Source: an uncultured virus (IMG/VR IMGVR_UViG_2061766007_001501)
Lineage: Duplodnaviria; Heunggongvirae; Uroviricota; Caudoviricetes
Strand: one strand, 5' to 3'
Length of the DNA: 20,000 nucleotides
IMG/VR virus record: IMGVR_UViG_2061766007_001501
Of this stretch, positions 8,028 to 15,139 are shown piece after piece (the first letter of the stretch is position 1; every line of letters starts with the position of its first letter). The notes under the pieces are model-generated. The model searched no databases, was not told where the DNA came from, and worked only from the letters and a program-made list of their open reading frames with translations. Made by a program: the position numbers and the translations under genes.

Positions 8028-8195
8028 GTACTCCGTGGACACAGGTTGTATGTCGTACAACCTGGACAGCCGGATGGGTTTTAGGAAGTCCTGAACGAAG
8101 CCCCACAAGCGTCACGGCGTTGACTGCGGTCCGGCAGACTGACCAAGAGGACGTCGAAAGGAGATCTGCTGGCAGCCGGGAAAGACCGGCAACAT

Positions 8196-8269
8196 GTTCT
8201 CGTAGCCCAACCGGCAGAGGCAACTGACTTAAGATCAGCCAAGTGAGAGTTCGAATCTCTCCGAGAATA
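8196..8269 (+). tRNA. tRNA-Leu(TAA), short variable loop, no encoded CCA
   Basis: GTTCTCG/CGAGAAT-A acceptor; CTGA-CTTAAGA-TCAG anticodon arm; GAGAG-TTCGAAT-CTCTC T arm. Confidence 0.85.
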
Positions 8270-8271
8270 CT

Positions 8272-8457
8272 TGACGCAGCATTGCAGGATACGGTTCCTT
8301 CGCCTGCTAAGCGAGAGGTCGGGAGTTCGAGTCTCCCTCGCACAGACGTCTTTGTGCAACACCTCGAAAACACTCAGAGGGTCGCAGCATAATAGTCGTG
8401 CGGTAGCTCAGTTGGCAAGAGCGCTAACGTTACCGTTTCCGCTTCTTATCTGCGTCA
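8272..8457 (+). ncRNA. Y RNA-like RNA 2 (permuted tRNA domain including a GCU anticodon arm)
   Basis: TGACGCAG/CTGCGTCA terminal stem; shared CATTGCAG and CGCTTCTTAT motifs; order anticodon arm - T arm - acceptor 3' - spacer - acceptor 5' - D arm. Confidence 0.8.
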
Positions 8458-8463
8458 TACCGT

Positions 8464-8537
8464 AGGAGCATAGTTTAGTGGTAGAACGACTGACTCCAAA
8501 TCAGTAAGTCTCTGTCCGATTCGGAGTGCTCCTGCCA
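8464..8537 (+). tRNA. tRNA-Trp(CCA)
   Basis: AGGAGCA/TGCTCCT-GCCA acceptor; ACTGA-CTCCAAA-TCAGT anticodon arm; variant T loop TCCGATT. Confidence 0.9.
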
Positions 8538-8538
8538 A

Positions 8539-8637
8539 GGGTCGCCTTTCCGCTGTGGGTGATCTCCACGGATCACGGAATGAAGATGCCTGACTGCAGC
8601 GGCATCTCCGAGGATCAGGCGTTAAGGTGCCCTGCCA
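8539..8637 (+). ncRNA. unknown CCA-terminated structured RNA
   Basis: AGGG(T)CGCCTT/AAGGTGCCCT + GCCA terminal stem; internal hairpins; fills the space between tRNA-Trp and Y-like RNA 3. Confidence 0.55.
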
Positions 8638-8745
8638 AAGGGCGGCATTGCAGAAAACGGATACTTCGATCTGCTAAATCGACTACACAGACCTCCAATC
8701 CAGGTCTGCCCGTTACCCGTTTTCGATTCTCATCCGCTCTTACCA
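8638..8745 (+). ncRNA. Y RNA-like RNA 3 (no T/D arms; GCU anticodon-like hairpin)
   Basis: AAGGGCGG/CCGCTCTT + ACCA; CATTGCAG-AAAACGG...CCGTTTT-CGATTCTCAT; TCGAT-CTGCTAA-ATCGA hairpin. Confidence 0.75.
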
Positions 8746-8875
8746 TGTGCGGTAGTAGAAGAGGAAGAACGTCATGGAGTAGTCAATAGTTCTCTGATGA
8801 TCTGTCGAAGCGCAAGACAGTAGGAGTGAGACGGAACATGAAAATACTGGATTCGATTTCCAGTCCGCACAACCA
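8746..8875 (+). ncRNA. tRNA-like RNA with a 60-nt insert in place of the anticodon loop
   Basis: TGTGCGG/CCGCACA-ACCA acceptor; TCATG/CATGA anticodon stem enclosing 8777-8836; ACTGGA-TTCGATT-TCCAGT T arm. Confidence 0.65.
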
Positions 8876-8878
8876 ATG

Positions 8879-8966
8879 AGAGCATTTGCGTATTGCAATG
8901 GCCGGATGCATCGAACTTTTAATTCGCTTACGCTTACCCGACCATGCCACTCATCGCGGATGCTCT
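8879..8966 (+). ncRNA. Y RNA-like RNA 4 (divergent; UUU anticodon-like hairpin)
   Basis: 12-bp terminal stem AGAGCATTTGCG/CGCGGATGCTCT; TATTGCAA and CTCAT motifs; inner stem TGGCCGG/CCGACCA; CGAA-CTTTTAA-TTCG hairpin; followed by a T-rich tract. Confidence 0.65.
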
Positions 8967-9049
8967 TTATTTTTACATGAATGGATGTGAAAATTTTGAA
9001 TGTCTTTCAGCTTGTACTCGATAATTATCAAGCAGAAAGGAGTACATAA

Positions 9050-9784
9050 ATGGACGATAAGATCCGTTCAGCTTTGTACATCCACCATTATGCTGTTGCA
9101 AAAGATTATGACGCCATAATGACTGTGCTGGTAGGCAGTCAGAACTATGGGTTAGGCACAGAAACAAGCGATTTTGACACGTTCACCTTTGTTCTTCCGT
9201 CCCTGCGGGACATATCTGTGCTGCGTGATCCGATCAGCACCACACGAGAAGATGATTTGGGGCATATCAATATCAAGGATATACGTCTTGCTCTGAATCT
9301 CTTAAAAAAGACCTCCCCGAACAGCGTGGAGTGCTTTGCTTCCAAAAGCAGGATAGTCGATGCAAAATATGCCGATCTTCTGTCCACTGTATTTGACAGC
9401 CCGTATGCTTTGCGCTGTGACACAAACCATATGATGATGGCTATCGGCGGTATGGCTCATCAGTTGTCGAAACGAAACATGAATCCAGGCAAACGGTTAT
9501 CTCATATTCTTCGCATGCACTGCATGGTTCACAGGTATTTTGATGTTAACGCAGATATACTTTCCATGACAGAAGAAGAGCAGCAACTGGCGCTAAAGGC
9601 AAAACGAGATCCGGAAAATCAAAAATGGGAGAAACTGATTGAGGAATATGCCGCAATCGTAAATGAGGAAGTCCGAAATGTAGATATGCATTATTTCGAT
9701 GCTCACGCAGAACTGGCGAAAGATATCATTTGCGATATACAGGAAAATTTGATTGAAAGAAAACTGACTATTCACGAATATTAA
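9050..9784 (+). CDS. Pol-beta superfamily nucleotidyltransferase (RlaP/Nuc-transf-like)
   Basis: VLVGSQNYGLGTETSDFD = GS..YG....SDxD motif; LLKKTSPNSVE resembles the RlaP K-x-NPN-x-E motif; AAGGAG RBS. Confidence 0.8.
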   Translation: MDDKIRSALYIHHYAVAKDYDAIMTVLVGSQNYGLGTETSDFDTFTFVLPSLRDISVLRDPISTTREDDLGHINIKDIRLALNLLKKTSPNSVECFASKSRIVDAKYADLLSTVFDSPYALRCDTNHMMMAIGGMAHQLSKRNMNPGKRLSHILRMHCMVHRYFDVNADILSMTEEEQQLALKAKRDPENQKWEKLIEEYAAIVNEEVRNVDMHYFDAHAELAKDIICDIQENLIERKLTIHEY

Positions 9785-9797
9785 GGAGGAAACCATT

Positions 9798-11213
9798 ATG
9801 GCAAAATTCAATTCAACCGCGTCAACACGAACCGTAAACTACGAAGGGCACTCCGCATATGCCATGCAGGACAAGACAAAGTTGATCACCCAGGTGCTTT
9901 GTTCATTCTTTAATGAGGCAAGGTTCTATCAGCCAAACGACAAGCCTATGATCGAAACGATGAAGTCCGTCATCAAACAGGACCCGCAGTTCGTCTCCAA
10001 CCTGGCCGTCTTTGCCCGCCGTGAGTTCAACATGCGTTCCGTGTCACACGTTCTGACCTGTTTCCTGGCGAACGTCAACGAAGGCAAACCGTACGTCCGG
10101 GACACCGTGCGCGGTGTCGTGCTCCGTGGCGACGACGCCACCGAGATCCTGTCCTTTTATCTGTCTGAGTTCGGAAAGCCGATTCCGAACAGCCTGCGCC
10201 GCGCCCTGAAAGACGTGTTTGCCACCTTCGATGCCTACACCCTTGCCAAGTACAAGGGCGAAGGTCATACGGTCAAAATGCGCGATCTGCTGCGGATCTG
10301 CCGTCCCCATCCAGAAACGGACGAGCAGTCCGTCCTGTGGAAGCAGNNNNNNNNNNNNNNNNNNNNNNNNNNNNNNNNNNNNNNNNNNNNNNNNNNNCCC
10401 ATGGCAACAACAAGGAAACTTGGGAGAAGCTGATCAACTCCGGACGCTGTGGCTATATGGGACTTCTCCGGAACCTTCGGAATATCATCAATGCAAATCC
10501 GTCCAACTTGGATAATGTGCTGGAGAAAATCTCCGACCCTGAAGCCGTAAAGCATTCCCGCCAGCTCCCGTTCCGTTTCCTGTCCGCTTATAAGACCCTT
10601 CCCGCCAACGCTGGCAAAAAGGTCACGGATGCACTGGAAAAGGCTGTAGAGTCTGCCTGTGAGAACGTTCCGAAACTGCCAGGGCGGACCGTGATTGCTG
10701 TGGACGTTTCCGGTTCCATGTCCAGCAATGTGAGCGCCAAATCTGATGTGCGCTGCTGTGAGATCGGTATGATGCTTGGCGTAATCGCCAACCGGATCTG
10801 TGAGGATGATATCTTCTATGTCTTTAATGGTGCCATCGAGCAGAAGCAGATCCCATCCGCTGGTATCCTGTACTCAACCGTGCATGAAGCCATGGCATAC
10901 GGCGGGACGGATATGAACCTGCCGTTTAAGAAGATGATGGAAGACAAGATTCAGTGCGACCGGGTTATTGTGATCTCCGATAATGAGTGTAACGGCGGTT
11001 GGAGGGGTAACACGGTTCAGNNNNNNNNNNAAAGAATCCGGGAATAACATCTGGGTCCATGCTATCGACCTGATGGGATACGGCACGCAGCAGTTTGCAG
11101 GTCCGAAAACGAACATCATCGCCGGATGGTCCGAGAAGGTCTTTGATTTCATCCTCTTGGCGGAACAGGGCGAAGGAAACCTGGAAAAGACGATTGCGGA
11201 ATATAAGTGGTAA
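9798..11213 (+). CDS. rsr: Ro60/TROVE-domain RNA-binding protein with C-terminal vWA (joined across two N gaps)
   Basis: TVNYEGHSAY, LAVFARREFNMRS, LAKYK, YMGLLRNLRNI, SRQLPFRFLSAY TROVE motifs; vWA MIDAS VDVSGSM, GGTD, ISDNE. Confidence 0.93.
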
Positions 11214-11254
11214 TTTAAGAGGATTGTGAAACAAGGAAAGGTGGTGAGTTAGAC

Positions 11255-11500
11255 ATGAAAAACGGTCGTAAACGGCAGAAACTGATAAACTGGCCTCCAC
11301 TGGAAGAAGTAGAAAACTTACGATGGGCAAATAATCATACCCAATACAAGTCGATTACATACGGCTTTTGTGAAGCACAGGATTGTTGTGAGGTTTGCGA
11401 CGACAGTAGAATGCAGATGTTATGTAAAGCCGAGCGTTGGATTGACAGGATTAGGTTAAGAATTATCAAACGGCACTACGGAATAAAGAGCGGATGGTGA
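11255..11500 (+). CDS. hypothetical protein
   Basis: 81 aa ORF with GGTG RBS; Cys cluster. Confidence 0.55.
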   Translation: MKNGRKRQKLINWPPLEEVENLRWANNHTQYKSITYGFCEAQDCCEVCDDSRMQMLCKAERWIDRIRLRIIKRHYGIKSGW

Positions 11501-11507
11501 AGTAGGA

Positions 11508-11645
11508 ATGAGTATGTACGGAGAAAGCGAATATGCCGGAGAAAAAAATTATTTGTTTGATGAAATACGAAGGTTTCTTGAAGAGGGGCATCCGGTAGAA
11601 GAACTGATACGGATATTGGCTGACGCAATAGAGTATTCGCATTAA
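11508..11645 (+). CDS. small hypothetical protein (45 aa)
   Basis: MSMYGESEYAGEKNYLFDEIRRFLEEGHPVEELIRILADAIEYSH*; fills the gap in the operon; below the ORF-track cutoff. Confidence 0.6.
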   Translation: MSMYGESEYAGEKNYLFDEIRRFLEEGHPVEELIRILADAIEYSH

Positions 11646-11661
11646 AAGGCAAGAAGGATCG

Positions 11662-11865
11662 GTGAAGCGAATGAAATGCTTTCCGTTGGATTGCACCAAA
11701 GAATGTCCGCATTACAAAACGTGGGATATGTCAGTAGATGATTGGACTTCTGTTTGCGATATTCTAAAAGTGCAAGTCGATGATTGTGACGGAGATTATA
11801 TCCGTTACAGATGCCCGTTAGATTCTGACAAACGTTATCAAAACGCATTGCAGGAAAGTCAGTGA
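11662..11865 (+). CDS. Cys-rich hypothetical protein
   Basis: CFPLDCTKECPHY...C...RCPL pattern. Confidence 0.6.
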   Translation: MKRMKCFPLDCTKECPHYKTWDMSVDDWTSVCDILKVQVDDCDGDYIRYRCPLDSDKRYQNALQESQ

Positions 11866-11871
11866 AGTTAG

Positions 11872-12066
11872 ATGGATAAGACGGCAAAATTGTATGGCTT
11901 CGATAAGGTGGAGGATTTTGCACAATTCTTGATTTCAAGAGCAAGGAAAGACAAACTGATTGTATCTGTTGAGTTGTCGGAAAATTCTTGCAAAATGTCC
12001 ATAGAGCCATTGGAGAATCGTGTGTACATATGTCCACATTACGGCGAAACAAGGGAAGATAGATGA
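11872..12066 (+). CDS. hypothetical protein
   Basis: 64 aa ORF packed in the operon. Confidence 0.5.
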   Translation: MDKTAKLYGFDKVEDFAQFLISRARKDKLIVSVELSENSCKMSIEPLENRVYICPHYGETREDR

Positions 12067-12131
12067 ATAAAGATGCCTGACATGGGATGCCACAGGCAGA
12101 TTGGTTCTGCGCTGACGGTGAGCGAAGAGAA

Positions 12132-12167
12132 TAAAAACAGACCCGCCCATTTCTGAGCGGGTCTTTT
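12132..12167. terminator. bidirectional terminator between convergent operons
   Basis: A-tract, AGACCCGCCCA-TTTC-TGAGCGGGTCT hairpin, then T-tract. Confidence 0.8.
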
Positions 12168-12194
12168 GCTGCAGACATTAATGTCCTTAGCAAA

Positions 12195-12587
12195 TCAGTA
12201 CCTTCCGCCATAGTATGGAGGCATCCATTCCGGATAATGACCGGAATATCCGCCGTCCATCAGTCCCATGTCGCGGCTGGTGTACCGTCCCATGCTGTCA
12301 CGGGCGCGGCGGTAGGAACGTCCGTCCTCTTCGCCACGCATGCCGTAGCCGCGTCCGGAATACATCCGTCCGTCAGGTCCGCGCCGACCGGAGCCGTCCT
12401 TATCTTCCTCTCCCGTTTCGGCCTCTTCCTTCATGGCGTAGTGCGTATCCAGTTTCACGGCAGAACTGAGCAGGAGACGGAGCATCTCCAGATCCTGCAT
12501 GGACATTTCAGCGTCGCCAGCATACTTCTTGTCGAGTTTGTCCAGTTCGCTGCACAGCTTGTCCTCGATGTTGTCATAGTACTTCAT
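12195..12587 (-). CDS. hypothetical phage protein (helical N-terminus, R/G/Y/S-rich tail)
   Basis: 130 aa; GGAGG RBS; RARDSMGRYTSRD low-complexity tail. Confidence 0.8.
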   Translation of the reverse strand: MKYYDNIEDKLCSELDKLDKKYAGDAEMSMQDLEMLRLLLSSAVKLDTHYAMKEEAETGEEDKDGSGRRGPDGRMYSGRGYGMRGEEDGRSYRRARDSMGRYTSRDMGLMDGGYSGHYPEWMPPYYGGRY

Positions 12588-12605
12588 CGGTGTTTCCTCC
12601 TTTCA

Positions 12606-13078
12606 TCAGGCAATCCTGGCCACAGTCAGGTTCGCGTTCTTGACGAGAATTTCAGGCGCGACTCCGCCTGGAGTGGCGGGNNNNNNNNNNNNNNNNNNNN
12701 NNNNCAGCATCCGCGCGGCACGGTGATGATCGCTGTGCTGGTCACGTTAAAGAAATTGTTGTCCGTAGGAGGATCTGCAGCGGTTGCCGCTGGCGTTACG
12801 ATGGCTTTGCTCGTCTGGAGCGGTTCGCCGTCAATCGCCAGTGCCACAGCAATCGGGCCGACCGTGCCACCGTCCGGAATGGCGATGTTCGCATTAAACG
12901 TGCATTCATACCTGGCGAAACAGGACGTCTGGCAGTTCACGATTCCACGGAGTGTAACAATGCCGCTTCCGTTCCGATGAACTACATATCCCTTTGTGCA
13001 GGGAATGGAGTCATTCAGCAGAACGTTCTGATTCGGTTCAACCGTCTGAACCGGGGCATACGTGTATTCAGCAGCCAT
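12606..13078 (-). CDS. beta-rich protein (BclA C-terminal/C1q-like, tentative)
   Basis: HRNGSGIVTLRG...YECTFNANIA...ALAIDGEPL; C-terminus re-framed across the gap as ...EILVKNANLTVARIA*. Confidence 0.7.
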
Positions 13079-13090
13079 GGTTTCACCACC

Positions 13091-13940
13091 TTACGCAGCG
13101 CCGCATCCGCACCCACAGCCGTTTCCGCCACAGGTGAAGATCGGCTGNNNNNNNNNNNNNNNNNNNNNNNNNNNNNNNNNNNNNNNNNNNNNNNNNNNNN
13201 NNNNNNNNNNNNNNNNNNNNNNNNNNNNNNNNNNNNNNNNNNNNNNNNNNNNNNNNNCCGCAGCTGGCTGATCGTGTTGTTCGCAGCATTCAGTTCACCC
13301 TTCACGCCGTCCAGCTCCAGCTGGCACAGCTTGTCCAGGATCGCCTGGTTGCCGCGGTTCTGGTTTTCGATGATGTCGCGGGTGTTCATGGCAGAACCGT
13401 ACCGCACATCGCACAGGCCGCTCTGCACGCCGTTGAAGCCCTGAGTGTTCGCGGTCTGTTCCGCAAAGGAGCGGTTCAGGTTGGCGATCTCGTTGCTGTA
13501 CAGTTGCTGGGTCAGTGCGTTCTGGGCACCCGTGATGGCCGCAGTCGTTCCGGCAAATCCGTTGCACAGGCTCTGCTGTACGCCGGAGAAACCATTGGCC
13601 ATGGCCATCTGCATATCGCCGCAGCATCCGCACAGCTGCGTAGAGAGCCCGCTGATGCCGTCCCGGATAGAGGTAATGCCGTCATTCAGCATAGCATCGC
13701 GGAATCCGGCATTCGTGTTGGCATTGATGCCGTTCTGGCCGTTCAGCAGCCACGGGAAGTCATAGCCCAGCATCATGTTGCCATATCCACCGAAGCCGCC
13801 CATGCCGCCGAAGCCTCCCCACATTCCGCCCCCAAGAAGCAGGATCACGAGGATGATACCCCACCAATNNNNNNNNNNNNNNNNNNNNNNNNNNNNNNNN
13901 NNNNNNNNNNNNNNNNNNNNNNNNNATTGTTGTCAGTCAT
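13091..13940 (-). CDS. Gly-rich TM + coiled-coil protein with CGCGC tail (joined across gaps)
   Basis: MTDNN start after GAAAGGA; WWGIILVILLLGGGMWGGFGG; N/Q-rich coil; ends QPIFTCGGNGCGCGCGAA*. Confidence 0.75.
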
Positions 13941-14016
13941 ATGTCATTTTCCTTTCATTTTTTTATTTACAATCTTTCGTGTGCACCCGAAAGTTGTAGT
14001 CAACAACTACGATAAG

Positions 14017-14101
14017 TGATATAATTTGTTATGTAGTGGATAGGGTCGCTCCCGATAAGCCGTAAGCCTTAACGGTTTCCACTACGCAAACCAATTAAGG
14101 C
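14017..14101 (+). promoter_or_regulatory. extended -10 promoter and structured 5' leader of the HNH gene
   Basis: TGaTATAAT 14017-14025; GTAGTGGA/TCCACTAC stem enclosing two hairpins; GCCTTAA can pair with TTAAGGC 14095-14101. Confidence 0.55.
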
Positions 14102-14128
14102 AACATCGCAAAGGCAGGTGTGTTTTTT

Positions 14129-14923
14129 ATGGAAAAATGGAAAGATATTATTGGCTATGAAGGTTTATATCAAGTAAGCAATTATGGGAATATAAAAAGT
14201 CTTTCGTTTGGGCCGAAGAATATAAATATCAATAGGTCTGAGCGATTATTGCACATTTCTTACTCGTCAATTGGATATGCTCATGTGCAACTATATAAAA
14301 ATGGAAAAGCAAAAACCATGAACGTACACCGACTTGTCGCAACTGCATTTGTTGACAATCCATTTAACAAACCAGAAATCAACCATATTGATGCCAACAG
14401 ATCCAATAATCATGCAGATAATTTGGAATGGGTCACACACTCAGAAAATCTTCGGCATGCAGTTAAGCTTGGCAACAGAATTCCTCCGTCTGTAAAAAAT
14501 AATAAAAAGGGAAAATCAATTTCATCATTACACATTCTTCAATACTCATTAAACGGAACATTTATAAAAGAATGGAACTGTATATCTGATATATCTTTTT
14601 CCACTGGGATTCCATATAGTGGTATTAATTCGTGCGTTAATGGATTGAATAAATCATCCGGTGGCTATATGTGGATTAGACATATGCCCGGATGTGAAAT
14701 ACATGAAGAAATTGAGCCAAGAATATCCTTGACAGGAAAGGCCGAAAGATCATATAGAAAAATTGCACAATACAATCTACATGGCGATTTGATAAAAATA
14801 TGGAATGGACATAAAGAAATAGAAACGAACAATCGCTTTGGGAAAAGATCCATTGGCAATATATATAAATGCATAAACGGAAAACGAAAAACAGCCAACG
14901 GATTTATTTGGAAATATATTTAA
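14129..14923 (+). CDS. NUMOD4-HNH homing endonuclease with NUMOD1-like repeats
   Basis: MEKWKDIIGYEGLYQVSNYG (NUMOD4); VHRLVA...INHIDANRSNNHADNLEWVTHSEN (HNH); two QY...G..IK.W...GG/NG.W repeats; AT-rich and opposite to the surrounding operon. Confidence 0.92.
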   Translation: MEKWKDIIGYEGLYQVSNYGNIKSLSFGPKNININRSERLLHISYSSIGYAHVQLYKNGKAKTMNVHRLVATAFVDNPFNKPEINHIDANRSNNHADNLEWVTHSENLRHAVKLGNRIPPSVKNNKKGKSISSLHILQYSLNGTFIKEWNCISDISFSTGIPYSGINSCVNGLNKSSGGYMWIRHMPGCEIHEEIEPRISLTGKAERSYRKIAQYNLHGDLIKIWNGHKEIETNNRFGKRSIGNIYKCINGKRKTANGFIWKYI

Positions 14924-15139
14924 TTTACAAGGTTCGCACTCACCGAAAAGAATCAATAATGTTTGTTCTGAACAATATTTTTGCGGATTATTGATTAAAA
15001 CAGCCGTTTTATTCAATAATATTGTTCAGTTTCGTATATCTGTACTGATATGAAATATGTATATTTCATTCAATTATAGTTAAATAAAATAATGAACCGT
15101 TTATTTTAATTACCGGCCGATAATTAAAATAAGGTTTAA

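Noticed and set aside
7116..8789. ORF-track proteins across the RNA array
   Set aside because: They are shadow translations of tRNA, tmRNA and other RNA genes, with no RBS or recognisable motifs.
8794..8830. Hammerhead ribozyme (CTGATGA followed by a stem)
   Set aside because: No GAAA follows stem II and no stems I/III can be drawn.
7148..8966. CRISPR-like repeat array from recurring CATTGCAG motifs
   Set aside because: Spacing is irregular, the motif is short and embedded in folded RNAs, and no cas genes are present.
10347..11030. Ro60/TROVE split into three ORFs (programmed frameshift or pseudogene)
   Set aside because: Both breaks coincide with N runs and the motifs continue in order.
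12063..12134. Tiny ORF ending DWFCADGERRE with an in-frame TGA (recoding or selenocysteine)
   Set aside because: Too short, no SECIS-like support, and TGA is used as a normal stop elsewhere; probably a gene remnant.
14120..14923. HNH gene as part of a group I intron
   Set aside because: It lies between genes, on the opposite strand, and no intron core elements were seen.
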